Assembly (NCBI GenBank): GCA_002104945.1
Contig: MCFH01000021.1
Coordinates: 372,001-436,000 of the forward strand
DNA length: 64,000 nt
Reading direction: 5' to 3'
From: Piromyces finnis finn
Lineage: Eukaryota > Fungi > Neocallimastigomycota
Below are positions 25,601-40,627 of the stretch, piece by piece (position 1 is the stretch's first letter; each line of letters opens with the position of its first letter). The translations under genes were made by a program, and so were the position numbers. The notes beneath the pieces were generated by a model. The model was not told the DNA's origin. It saw only the letters and a list, made by a program, of their open reading frames with translations, and did not search any database.

Positions 25601-28600
25601 AGAAACCTATTGAAATAGAAATATACTTTAGATATCAATTATATTATTTATAATATTAGCTTTTTTTTTTCGATTTTTTTTTTCATTATAAATAACAGGT
25701 TTCAATTTTTTTTTCTCTGGAGACAAGCTTTTATTTTTTTATAGTAGAGTAGTATTATAAAAATGTTGTTAGCAAAGGAATTTTGATTATCTATAATCAA
25801 ATAAAATCAATTTAACAAATTAAAGCTTCAATGGTATCTAGTTGTAAATATAATAGTTTAAATATTTTTAAAGTAATAAATAAAAAAGTATAAATAAAAT
25901 ATTGGAAATGTTAGGTTAATATATAAAGGGTCATTTATTGTATTTTTATTAGTATGTTTTTCTTGCTTATAATTAAACATAGTGTATAGTGTGTTGTTTC
26001 TAGTTTTAAATTACTGTATTTTGTCATTAAATATTTAATGAATGCTTATAAAACGATTCAAATAGTTCTTATGCTTTTACAAAAACCTACAAATATACTA
26101 TTTTTTAAAGTTATATATTTATTACGAACATTAATGAATATTCTAATAACAAGAAAATGCCCTTTTTCCTAGAATATATATTTTCTTGATTTTTTTATCT
26201 ATATTTTTTTATATTTGGTCATAGACTACCTTTTTAAATTAATTGAATATTAATAATAATTAATATGAACTACTAACTATTTCTTTGATTATATCTAAAT
26301 TGTTTTTAAATTTTAAATTATATCATTATATAAATAAAATTCTTTTTTATTTTTTTATATATGATAACAATAGAATTAACAAGATATCATATTTAATAAT
26401 GCTATGTTCAATTATATATATTTTCAAAAGTATAATACTTTAGAAATAAAGACAAAAAAAAAAAAAAAAACAAAAAAACAAAGGTAAAAAGTCTATTAAA
26501 GCATAGCATTTAACTTCATCCAGAATTTAAAACTATAAATATTTTCATTTATTACTATTAATTATATTTATATCAGTAAGTATATTTTGGGCTATAAAAT
26601 AAATGATAATTTTTAAAGCATTTTAAGTTGTAAAAAAAAAAAGCATCAATGAAATTCATTTCATAGATTTATCGATGTATCAGTTGAATAATTATAATTA
26701 TGTAAAACATTATAAATACGAAATAATAATACTACATTCTCTATATATGGAATATATATAAAGTTTTTGTTGAGGCATTTTATGATTGTTTTATCTTAAA
26801 TATTTATATTAATTAATATATATAAAATGTATTTAAGATTATTAAATACTTTCAGTTAAATTAATATATAAATAGATAAAAATAAAAATATAAATAAGGA
26901 GGATTACAAAGTTATTTTCAAATTGGTTATTATGTAAAAAAAAAAAGAGGTATTAATATGTATATTTTTTTCTGATTATTAAATGAACATAAAAGTTACT
27001 GTATTACATTATTTAATTAAATAAAAATCAATATTTCATAATAACAACATATATTTTAATACTATTTTTTTGTAACAACCCACTGACAAGGTACAAAAAA
27101 ATATTATGAACAAATAGATGATGAATGATTAACTTGTAACCAAGATCAGATCCTTCAATCACTATTTTATTAAATTGTGCCTATTAAAGCTCGATTCATA
27201 TATTGAGATCTTGATAATTATTAATTACTATTGATTGCTATTGTTATGTAGGTTAATTAAATATAATATTTAGAAAGAATTTCTTTTTTAATACTACTAG
27301 TTAAGAATAATAAAATATACTGTGGGCTAATAATGGGTAACATCTATTGTATTACAATTAAATTTTAGTGTATATTAATGAAATGCTTAAATACTATTTA
27401 AAAACATATTATAATAAATATTATTATTATTATTAATAAAAGAGAATAAAGGTGTGATATTTTTAATAACAATTTAATTTATAAAATTATTTTATCAAAA
27501 AGGTTTGAAATTTTATTTATTATATATCGTTATAAACATTATTAATATTATTTAATAAATAATAACTTTTTACTGATACTATTACATATAATATATAATT
27601 ATTCTCTTGATATTTTTTATTATTTTGTTTTTTTTACAATAAACTTATTTATCTTTCTCAGAAATAATGATTTTCTTTAATCCTATTAAAAAGAATTGTG
27701 GAGATTCCAATAAATTAGTTTTTCTTATTTTTTTATAGTTCCCATATTTAATATTTGCAATTATGAAATTATGAAAATAATTACATTAAATTAGATAATA
27801 CTTAAAAAAAATGATTTTTAAGTATGATCTCATTGTTTATAATAAACTATGATTTTTATAGTAAGATAGTTATTAATAATACTATTCTTTTTTTTTATAT
27901 AACACATATTGTAATTTATTGAATATTTTTTTTAAAATGAAAAAAGAAACAAACTTTTTTATATTTATTCAATAATAATAAAATACATACAAAAAAACAA
28001 TAAAATTTCAAATTTTTTATATATTTATAATCCTATTGTATTGACAGACTGATAGAGTACAATAAATCAAGTTTATTTTGTATTCTATAAGGATTAAATA
28101 AGTAATTATTGTAATTAAAAAATTTTTTTTAAAAAAATAAAAAAACGTGTTTTTTTTGTTCTTCAATTAATTATTAATATTATAATTAATATATTACAAT
28201 ATATTGTATAATACATTCTATTTAATTTAAATGATTGTTTATTCTTTTTTTTTATTTTAAATTAAATATTTTTTTTTAATTTTAGTTATTATTTTATTAA
28301 TATATTTTTTTATTTTTATTGGATAATTTTATATTAAAATAATTCATTTTAAGTGGATAATTAAAAATAAAGTTTAATAAAAAATGATATTATCAATTTT
28401 CACATTTTTTATTATGTATTAAAGTTAATTATTATTAATAGAGTTTATAAATTTATACATATATTCAATTAGTATTCAACTTTGTATATAAATCAATTTA
28501 ATTTAAATGATAGATTAAAATGTTTTTTTATTTTTTAATAATATTAATAATTAAAGTTATAATAACATTTGTTCGTTCATTTTTAATAGATTGGATAATT

Positions 28601-31600
28601 CTCATTAATATGTTTCATCTACTTTTTTTTAAATTAATCTAAATTTAATAATTATTTTTTTTTATAATAAATCAATATAAATAATTTATTTATTTTATAA
28701 TTAAAATTTAATCAATCATTTTTCTATAGAAATTGTATTTTGACCAAAAAGAAAAATAAAAATGTTCTTTTAAGAAAAATACACTTAATAGTCATATGGC
28801 TTTCTTCCTTCATAAAGATAATAAAATTTAAAGAAAATTTTATTACATTATGACTAATTTTATTAATATAAGAATACTTTTAATTTAAATTAGTACTATT
28901 ATTCTCTATTTCATTATTATATTTTAAAAGAGAAATTAGCATTAAAGAAACAAATCTTTTTAATCTTTATTAAAGAAAAGATTATTCTTACTTCCTTACT
29001 GATATATATTTTATTTTTTTATATTACCACAAATTTATTTTTTTTTCTAGGTTATTTCAAATTTCATTTTCATTTTCATTTTTTTTTATATTCTCCAATT
29101 TTTTATTTAAGGTTTTAATCTATATATACTAAAATTCTTTTAAAATAAAGTTATATTAATATATAAAAGGAAAATTACGGAAATTAATTAACAGTCTTTA
29201 ATTAAATGAAATGATTTGGCTATTTTAATTTTATCTTTAATATTATTCTTTTTAAAAGGCAATAAATTTTAATAAGAATACCTTTTTAATAAATATTTGC
29301 AATCCATATTACCATAAAAAGAGTGTGCTTTGAAATAATTCTATTCAAAAATTATAAAGAATAGAAATTATCCCATTTTTATTATTTTTAAAAAAGTGAT
29401 CATCATCAGATTATATTTATAAAATATTTAATTTATATTTATTACAAATAGTTTTATGTTAAAAAATAGATCACTTTTTACAAAACTTTTTTTTTTTCTT
29501 TAATTTTATGTAGAATGTATAATTTTTTTCTTATTAGTAGAATAAAAATACTTTTTTTTTTAATGTTATAAATAAATCAATATTTGAAAAATTAATATAC
29601 ATATTCAATATATTCAATATGACTTTCATAATATTATGCTATTATTCATTGTTATTAAATATTATATAGGATTATTCATCCAATATTCAAGATTTAAAAT
29701 TTTAAATCTTTAATTTTGAATAAAAAATAAGGATAACCTCTTTTGTATACAATTTCAATTGTATATATATTACAATATATTGTAATATATTAAAATAATT
29801 AATATTTATTGTTGTGTTACAATAAATGCATTATAAATAGAATTTTAAAAACTTAAATATGCAATTTTATTATTTTACCTATAAAATTTGATATAGAACT
29901 CTGTTCAAAAAGGGTTTTTGTCATTAAATACTTTATTTATTAATGAATTTCAATAATTTTTAATAATTCATATTTTTCATTATATATTTTAAGAATAATT
30001 AATGTAAAATCTAATTAAGAACTTAGTAATAATAATAAATATAATAAGTTTAATAACACTATATAAAATAAATATAGAAACATTAATAGAATAAGAAATA
30101 GCATTTATTTATATACGAGAATTTTTCGTTATAATCATAATTTAAATATATGCCACAACTCTAACTTCTTATGTGAACCTAAGATTTATGTAGTGTAGAG
30201 TGTAGTAAATAAATTTATGGATTTTAGTAATTATTATAAACTAATCAATTTATAATAATTAAGGTTTATAATTTGTATTTTATATCAAATATATAAATTA
30301 ATACTAGTATCATTTTCTATAATATTGTAATTTACATTTTTTTTTTTATTTCAGGTATGACGAGTGTCTATAATGATAGTTAACCTTAATAATAAATAAT
30401 TAAATATTAAAGAAAAAGAAAATAAATTTAATATATTCTTTTTGAATTCCTAAATACCTTATTTAGTAACTTTTTATTTAACAAAAGTTAAAAAAAAAAT
30501 AAAGAAGATGTAAAAAGAAAAAGACCATTCAAATAAATGTGAATAATTTTTTACAGTAATACTAAATTCAAATATTTGTATTTGAGTAACGTTGAATCAA
30601 ATAATAGAAAATCAATTTCTATATTAGGTCGTGGCTTATCTCCTTAATGCAACTATAAATATGATTATTTGAAAAATCCAGTAGGGAAACAAATTAAATA
30701 AAATGGATCTTTTGAAAGGAAAACCAAAGTCTCCTTTTTGATGTTTTATTATCAATGATAGAATTAATATTTTAAATATAACTATCGATTTACTTTAAAG
30801 TAGAGTATCATTCTTTCCACAATTATATATATATTAAACCATAAAAGTAAATAATTACTAATTGCTATAAAAAACAAACCCCAAAAGTTAAATATTATCC
30901 CCAATATTTATTGTACATTACTAAGGATTTAAAACTTAATAAATTAATATTAAAATAGATAATAATCAAATGTAAAAGAATTTATTTAATTAATATATAA
31001 TTCTTATAAAATATATTAATTGGTTTTTTTTAATAATAAATAAAATATCATTATAGAAGGTGGGAATACCCTTTATAGTTATAATATCGAAAAAGTTATA
31101 ATTTTAATATAAAACAATAGCTTAATTAGCAACATTATTTAAAATTAAAAATGTACAAGTTTTAACTTTTTTTTAATGCATTTATAATTTTTGAATATTT
31201 TTAAATAGTTTATATTTTCTAGTTTAATTTAATAAAAAATTAAATTAAAAAAGTTTAATTTGTTTATTTTTAATTTTATTATACAAAATGTTAAAATTCA
31301 ATTGTAATATATAATATTGACTATATCTTAATATATTACAATACAAAAATATATCCTAATTTAAATTAAAAAAAAAAAAGGAATTTGAATTTTTGAGAAA
31401 TAAATGTAATACTAAATCTTCAATAATTATAATTCATCTTTTTTTAAGTAAACATATATTATAAATAAATAATTATATAAAAATCTTAAAAATTATATAT
31501 TATATTGTATTACTAGTAATTCAATAGAAATAAGAATATATAGTTTTATATTGCATTTATATAAGTGTAATTAAAAAAGATCGTTATCATATATAATACA

Positions 31601-34600
31601 TTTCTTTTGATATATAATAAAAAGGATATTATTATTTTAAAAATACTAAATAAAGTAATCTATTATTCTTCTTTTCATATTAAATTATATATTTGAATAA
31701 TAAGAAAACTTTTAATAAATGAATATTATTTAACATAATTAGAAAAGATACATATTGTTGAATTTTTTATAATTAACTTATTTAACTTATTAATTAATCT
31801 TTATTTTACAATAGTTAATCATTAAATTTATGTTTATTTACAAAAAAAAAGATTTTAATTCAAAAAATTAATATAATTAAAGTTATATATTAAAATATAC
31901 TATCCAATAATTTTAGGGCATTATAATAAAATAAATATATTTATATTAATAACCAAAGAATCTTAATTAAATTTTATATTAATTAAATATATTCTATTAT
32001 TTATTTATAACAGCAAGCCTAATTATTGAAGGAATTTCATTTAATATTTTATATTATTCTATTAATAAACTTTAATTACTATTAAATATTTATATAATTT
32101 GATTTTAAAAATATTTAATCTATCTAAATAAGTAAATATTCTTATGCAATATATTACATTACATTATATTATATTATAATATATATTAATCTAATTACTT
32201 TAATCTATCATCTATTGTAATATGTATTAAATTTCATCGATTAATCTTTTAAATTATATACTATTTTAAAAAAGATTATTTTTTTTAGTCCTAGACTAAT
32301 TAACATATTCAAAATAAAGATATTATACATTATAAATATTAGTTAAATATTATTTATATATTAATACAGATATATTGATAGAAATAAAATGGTATTTATT
32401 ATGATTTTAAAAATAATAGTTTATTTACTTACTTTAAATAATATGCTTATAATTCAACATACTTTATTTCTATTTATTTGAATAGACAATTAATATTAAA
32501 AAATAGGATTAAGATTTTTAATTAATAACTTTCCTGTGACATTTGATATTAGTAATGATTTAAAATCTTTTAGTAATTCTTTTAAAAATACAAAAAAAAA
32601 TAAAATCCATAAATGCCCGATAAATTAAAATCAGAATATTTTATAACTAAATCTATTAAAAATTAGAAGGAATTGCGGAGAATTAATTCCATTGTAAAAA
32701 TGCATAAAAATTCTTATTCTTTTATTTCATTCGTTAATGGTCATTATTGCTTTTACCATATATAATAAAATAAAAGGTATTGTAGATCTTATATATTTTA
32801 TTACTATTTTTATTTCTATTACCATTTAATATAATTGTTTGTTTTTCAAGTCATTCTTTTATTTTTAAAATTGGTATTGGATTTAACAATATTTTTTTTC
32901 TCCATTTATAAATAACTTTATTTATTATGGTCCATTGATTTGCAAACAATTTAAATAATTGATATACTATGAATTAAATAATTTTAATTTGTAAAAGTTA
33001 ACTTAAAGAATATTAATATAGAATATAATTAAAATTTTGGAAAACCAATTTCAATGTAAATTTATAAATTAAAAAAAAAAAGTTAGTCTGGTCTGTTAAT
33101 GTTTGAAAAAATATTTTTATATAATAATTACATATTTTTTTAATAATTGCTATTGAAAATATATTTATTATCATTATAAATATATAGAAAGATAAAAAAT
33201 AATTTGATTATAATAGTTATTAATAATTATTTTTTAAAAGGAATTATTTAATTATCATGTTATATTAGTTATAAATCAATAATTAAAAATATTAATCTGT
33301 TTAAATAAACCAATAAAATGATTATTTGATTTAAAAAAATTACTATTCCAAAATGTTTAAATTTTATTATTAATTAAGGTTATGTAACACACATTTGTAT
33401 AACTTTATATTAAAAAAAATTGTACTTTTAAAAATAATATTATTATAAAACATACTGTTACCTAAAAATAAGAATAGTAAAATATATAATATATAATAAT
33501 GTAATAAAATATAATATTTTAAAATTATTTTTTTTAATAAATTTTTTTTAATATAGATATATTTTATATCATCCCAAGGATAATAGTAATACCTATGTTA
33601 TTTTTTGTAAAGCCAAAAATAGATACTTTTTTTAAAATTTATATTATTAATATCTTTAATAAAATGGAATATTGGATATTGTGTGATAGTAAACTAAATT
33701 AATCATTGGATTTAATATAATTAAAAGTTTAAAATATAACTAATCTTAATTATTATTATTTATATTAATTTGAATATTGTTTAATCAATTTTTTATATAA
33801 CTTAATCTTATAAGGATACCGGAGTAATTAAATAATTTTATCGATCTAAAAAATATAAATTAAAAGAGCTAAAAACTTTAATTATTATTAATTTAGGAAT
33901 TATTCTTCTAATACCAAATAAATTATTATAAAATAAAAAAAAATATATTTTATATTTAAAATCAAAAATAAAATAATTATAATGATATTATTTATTTGTA
34001 AAATTATTTTCATCAAAAAAGCATGCTTACCTTTAATAAATTATTAGTAAAATTATAATAATCCTGTTTCATTGGTTATTAATCTATAAAGATATAAAAT
34101 TATAAGATGTTAATTTACAATTATTTTTGAAATGTGCCTTCTTTTTTTTTTTTTTTGTTTCATTCATATTTTTATATAAAGTGCATGATTTCTTTTTTTT
34201 ATTTAAAGGATTAAATCTATTTAACGATAAAAAAATGATTAAAATTTAAATTATCAATAGAAATAATTGAAACAAAATATATGGATAATGTTATTTAATA
34301 ATTTAAGACAATATAATTGCAATATATTAAAATTATATTCATTTACTAGAATGGTAAAAAGGAAATATTATTATAATTTTAACTTTAATAATAAATCTAA
34401 TATATTTTAATTAATTATTATATATGTATGTGCATACTAAAGTAACATATTATATCGTATATTGCAATAAATTATTAAATTAAATAAAGTTATATTAATA
34501 TGCTAAATAAAATTGATAAATATATTATTATTATAATCGTAATATTATGATTATTAATTAATTAATTAAAAAATAATTAAATTTATTCATATTTTATTAT

Positions 34601-37600
34601 ATTACTATAATATATTTTAGCATAATGTTTTCCTAGCTTAAAAAAAGTGAGTCAATTATTTTGTTTTTTAGAGATTGAATTTCACTTTTTTAGACTATAT
34701 TATATATTATGGAGTATATTTTAATAAATCAGTTTATAATATAAAATATATAAAGGTTTTAAAATCAATTATTACATATCTTTATTATTATGTATTATGT
34801 TAAAAGGTGGATTTTTCTCTAAATATATTGAATAGTTAGTTATGCTAGTTTTTTTTTCAAGTTATCATTTATACTTAATAAATAATGAATAGTGTATACT
34901 TTTTTTTTTTTTAATATCAAAAAAAGTTATATAAAGTCAGCTAAATATTAATGTAAAGTCTATAAGAAATAAATTATTAATTTCATTGTAGCATATTACA
35001 TAAAAGTGGGAATATATTAAAATATATTTATATATTTAAATATTAATTTCAATATAATGGAATAATATATTAATTTATTAACAAAAAAATGATACAATCT
35101 ATCCTTAAAAATTAAAATCTTTAAAAAAAGAAGTTATATAATTTGTTTTATTAATAATTTTTATATTTAAATTAATATATTAATTAAATAATATAATGAT
35201 CATTAAGTAGTCGTTTATTCTTTTAAAATAAAAGAGAGGCTGTAGTGTATATTTCTTTTAAATAAAACATAGTTTATAGTATATGGTAAGTTTATATATT
35301 TATATTTTAATAGTTTTACATTAAGAGTACATACTATTATATATAAAAAAACTAATATTTTTATAAAGGACTTTTTGTTTTTTCATCCTATTTTTTTATT
35401 AATATATATTTTTGTAATATTACTTTTAAATATATTACAAGCATATATTATCATTAAATTTTAATTTATTATATATTTAATAATTTAATTTATTATTCTC
35501 ATATTAATTTATTTGAACATTTTTTAAAAGTCTATTTTATATAAAAAAAAATAGTTTATTTAATATATTAAATTAAGAAAAATTCAAAAAAAAAAAAAAA
35601 AGTATATAAATAAAATCCTAAATTCCATATTTTTTAAAAAATTTTATATCAATTTATTCTTTTTTCAATTTTCATTTTAGTTTTAGTTTTTTATTTCCTT
35701 TTTTTTTTTTTTTGTATCTATTTGTTCTTAAAAAAGTTTTTTTTTTATATATATCATATATATTATATTTTTATTCTTATAAAAATTCTTTTTATCTTGA
35801 AGTAAAAATTTTTTTCTTTTTTTTAGAAAGAAAAAAAAGAAATTCAAAAAAAAAAAAAAAATATATTATTTAGATAATAATATAAATTGAAAATCATATA
35901 TAAAAAAAAGAATTTATTACTTATGAAGAATAATAATTATTAATAAAGAACAATAATAAAAAAAAATACGTTTAAAGATTTATAAGTGAATGAACACTTA
36001 AAAGTCATATATGAATATATATATTTTTAGTTATAAAGTATTATGTATAAAATAATTATATATAATATATTATATGAAAGGAAATATATAAGAATATAAA
36101 GGTATTTTTTTATTGTAAGAAAACGAAAAAAGAGAAAGAATATTAAATTCAAATCTTTATTAAAAAAAAAAAAAAAAAAGAGAGAATAATTTCCAAAAAC
36201 AACACTGTATATATTATCTATTTAGATATAGAAATCAGTAAAAGAAGAAATATAAAGAAAAGACTTGTATAAATTTATATAAAACTAATTTTCCCAAAAT
36301 ATTTCAACTTATTTATATTTTTAAAATATATATATTTTTATTAAATATCATTTATTTATGAATAAGTTAAAAATATTTAATTTTATTTATAAATAATTGT
36401 TTAAATAAAAATCTAAAAAGAATAGTAATAAATATATAGTTAAATAATAACTTATAATAAAAAAGGATTAGCTTTCAATACTAATTTTTTTATTATATAT
36501 AAAGGGAAAAATAGTTATATATGCTTTTCTAATATATCTTTTTATAGTATTTTATATCTACAATTAAAAGGAAAAAGAACAATATTATAAAAGAAAAAAT
36601 AAAAACTTCTGGAAGGTTTTTTATTATTTCTTAAATATCAATATCAGCGAATAAACAACAACTCCAAAAGATAAAATTAAATTTAGTTTATTTTTATTAT
36701 AATACACAAAAGAAAGAATTGAATGAAATAAATTTTATTATATATATAACAATCTATAGTAGTACAGCTTATTTTTTTTAACAAAAATAACAAAAAATAC
36801 TTTTTTCCCAAATTTGTAATAGAATTTTTATACAAAGATTTAGTATAATTTATTTTTTTTATTTTTTCTTTTTAAACACTTTAATTTATAATAAAAAAAT
36901 AGATTAGATTTTTTTTATTAGTATTGTATTTAGTAAAACCAAATATAAGAAATAATCCAAAAAAAAAAAAAAAAAAAAAAAACGAGAAAAGAAAAAAGAA
37001 AATTGATAAAAATTTTTATAAAAAAGAACACAAAACAATTATAATTACTCAACAAATTTTAACTTTATTATTTTTAATTCAGAAAAAATAATAATAAAAT
37101 AATTGTATATGCCAATCTAGAAATTATATGAGTTTGATATCATGTAATATTCATTGTTTAGTATTTTTTTTTATTTTATCAATGTCATTTATTTTAAATT
37201 TTTATCATATAATATCATTTAAAAGCGAATATCAATTTATTATTTTTTTTTTAAAAAAAAAACTTGTATAATAACGATATAAACACAAAAACAAAAATTT
37301 AAACAAAAACTAAAAAGAAAAGGAAAAAAAATATAAAAAGACTATTCAGGAAGTTTATTAAATCGAAGTTTAATTTCAAGCTATTTTTAATACCTATTAA
37401 AGATTTTTTTTATTTTCATTAAAAAAAATTCATAAAATCAAAATATTAACCGAAAGGTATTATTCTTATTATACAATTTTATAATGTAGATATTATGTAA
37501 AATTATTTTTTTTATTTTTAATAAATATATTTTTTATAAAGGTTATTAATTTTAAATATATTCTCATATAAATTATATTATCATTATTATTTCCCTATAT

Positions 37601-38167
37601 ATCCCCCGTATTAAATTAACAAGTAGAAGTTTTAAACCAAATAACGAAAAAAAAAAAAAGAAAATAAAATAAATAAATTGTATTAGATTCAATGCTATAA
37701 TTCTATTATTTATCTTTTTTAATAGGATTTTTAAAAGAAAAATACAATATTTAATACTTTTAGCGGAAATAAATTTTCGAAGTTATAATACAATAACATC
37801 ATAAAAAAATTTGATAGCAAAATATAGAGCTATAATTTAAAAACTAAAACAAGAGAGTATATACATAAAAAAACTTTGTTATTAAAAGATAATAACATAA
37901 AGTATTTTATATATATATTTTCTATAACCAATATATTTTATTAATTTTCAAACATTTTTTTAAAAAATTAAGCTCTGAAAATATTGATAATATATACTTA
38001 TTTTATATGATTTTGATAATCATTAAAATAAGAAAAACAAAAATTAAATAGGAAATAAAACTGCGTATAGCTTTATCTATAATAAAAATAAATTTTTATA
38101 TAAAGTATATATAAAAAGTTAAACAAAAATATTTATTTAGTAAAAGAAAAGAAAATAAAAAAGAAAA
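22667..38167. other. 15.5 kb gene-free, very AT-rich divergent intergenic region between the SDR and the bZIP gene
   Basis: No ORF in the track apart from the bZIP antisense overlap at the very end, and no exon-like coding patches recognised. Confidence 0.75.
37692..38051 (+). promoter_or_regulatory. Candidate uORFs in the bZIP leader: ATG-CTA-TAA (37692-37700) and a 14-codon uORF (38007-38051)
   Basis: These are the only two ATGs on the + strand between 37498 and the main ATG at 38168. The transcription start is unknown. Confidence 0.35.
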
Positions 38168-40627
38168 ATGAATAATCAAGGCTTTCAAGGTTTTGGTACA
38201 ACACCTCCATCTCAAACTCAAGTTTATCCAGATGGTACTGTAAGAATTGTTCAGAATACAAATCAAATGATTGCAGCTCCTACTATTGCTCAATCATCCC
38301 AAGAGCAACATCCACATCAACATCCTCAAATTATTCAGAATTCAATGGTATCTAATAAAGTACAATCTCAAGCTGTTTATTATTCCCGAGGACAAGGACA
38401 ACAGACCGTCATAATGAAATCTAATTTAGGTAATACTGCAATTACTACTCCACCAATGTCATTTAATTCTACAATATATTCATCTCAAGGACAGAATCAA
38501 GGACAACAAGGAATATCCATATATTCCGCATCTCCAATGAATATTCAAATTGCAAGTACCCCACCAAATGGCCCAGTAAATTCTCTAAGAAATGATGGTG
38601 CTAATGCTGTTATGATGGCTCAACAAAATGGTGTTATCAATGAAATGACTTCTTACACTGTTGCTCAACCTATTCAAACCCAAGAAGCAAAAAGTTATAA
38701 TAATCCAATATTTGTTCTTCCATCACCATCTACCCCAACACCACAAATGAGTTATACAACTTCCACTAATAGTCAGTCTACTATTGTGCAAGTTCAACAA
38801 ACCCCACCACAAAATACAGCACAATATATGATTTCTCAAAAACAAGGCCAAGCAATGAATACACAACAAATGATATTTCAAGGACCACCTACTCCATATG
38901 GAACAAGTCCTACTACCACTCAAGTTCAAGTATTAGCACAAAGTGGTAACACTGCTGAAGTTATGAGTGGAAGTTATGGTAATACGTCTATTATATCACC
39001 TACTCAAATTCAATATCAATATAGTGTTACTCCTCCATTAACCAATGATAAAGATATTCAAATGAAACAAGAAGGTAAGGTTTCACCAGAAATGTCTATT
39101 GGTGGAAGTGATAAATTAGGCAGTCAAGGTAAATCTCTACAAGATTCACAAACTATATTTTCATCTAGTCTTATATCTAATCCAAGTAGCCTTTTTAACA
39201 AGATTTCTATTTCTTCTCCTACTTCTTCATCTATGTTTACTATAGATTCTTCTGTACCGGTAGACTTGAATGGACAAGGCCAAGAAAAAGGTAATTCTAC
39301 TATGACGAAAGAAAGTTTATCAACTGCTGGTCCAGAAAAAGATAAATTAGAACGTCAAGAAGCAATTTCACAAGATAATGAAAAATCTCAATCTACTGCT
39401 AAAGAAGAACCAATTCTTATGGATACTGCCGATACTAAAGATAATAATATGAATATTGATAGTACAGAATCAAAAATTAAAGTAGAATCTAATGAAATGA
39501 ATAATATAACTGTAATGACTACAATGAATAATACCTCTATAGTAACTACTTTAGATCCATCTGCTATGATGACACAGACATTAGCAAACCCTCAAGATAT
39601 GACTGCTACTCCAAATAATTTGATGCAAGCTACCCACGTTGATGGAAATACACAAAATATGAATATGATATCGGGTGTTAATCCAATGCCAAATGTTGGT
39701 GTCAATGTTGGTATAGAACCAGTTAATAAAATAAATATAATCAATGGCATAAATAATAATGTCAATTATATTCCTGCCAATATGAATATTCAAGGAGCTA
39801 CCACACCTGCAAATGTTAATATTAGTGGCATAAATACTATTCAAGGTGTTCAAGTTGCAACCGCAATTCCACAAACCATTAATACCATTCATAATATGAA
39901 TATTATGAATGGAAATGGAAATAATATTATTAGTATATCACCAACTCAACAAACAATTCCATTAAATACTAATAGTTCAATAAATCTTTATTATAATCAA
40001 GGTCAAAATGTAATGAATGGAACATCAAATACAATAGTAAATTATGCCAACGCCAATACTAATATTATGAAGCCTAATGCGACTAAAAATAGTAATGGAT
40101 ATAATGCCCGTACAAAAAATTCTCATATTGTAGATCCAGATGTTCCAATTGAAGTTTTAATTAAAAGAAGGAAGAATAGTAAGTATCATTAACCTTTTTG
40201 TAGAATTAAATTAAAAAAATAATGTAATATAATTTTGTAACTAATAAAAATGATATATTTTTTTTTTATAAATATAGCTGAAGCAGCAAGAAGATCAAGA
40301 TTAAGAAAAGCTGAAAGAATTCAAGTGTTAACTGAAATTGTTCATAATTTAGAAGAAAAAAATAGAGAATACACAATAAAAATAGCAGAACTACAAGGAG
40401 AACAAGCAAATTGGTTAAAGAAAGAAACAGAATATACCACAAAAATTAAACAACTTCAAGAGAAACTTAAAATTACTTACCCTGAAAGTGTTGATAAAGA
40501 TAATAAAAATGATTTTAGTATTACAACAGAAAATGAAACTGAATCAAATACAAATACAACTGAAATAGAAATACCAACATCAACAGCAACTTTAAAAGAA
40601 TCAAGTACTATGGAAAATAAAGCTTAG
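38168..40627 (+). CDS. Gcn4/Cpc1-type bZIP transcription factor with a long Q/N/S/T-rich N-terminus (786 aa, 2 exons)
   Basis: Exon 1 38168..40178 and exon 2 40278..40627. Splicing (a|ct = Thr) builds the basic region KRRKNTEAARRSRLRK followed by a leucine zipper, compare Gcn4 KRARNTEAARRSRARK. Confidence 0.9.

Noticed and set aside
27118-27215. Box C-like ATGATGA and a loose hairpin
   Set aside because: No box D (CTGA) at a suitable distance on the same strand and no convincing rRNA guide.
30556-30760. Coding-like frame with internal stops (SNVESNNRKSISILGRGLSP*), and a similar one near 32530-32830
   Set aside because: Too short and degenerate to assign; compatible with chance.
33810-33822. 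U12-type donor-like words (GTATCCTT/ATATCCTT)
   Set aside because: They occur outside reconstructed intron boundaries. All introns I checked are ordinary GT-AG U2-type.
34648-34654. Gcn4/AP-1 sites TGAGTCA here and TGACTCA near 45895
   Set aside because: One or two such 7-mers are expected by chance in this much non-coding DNA.
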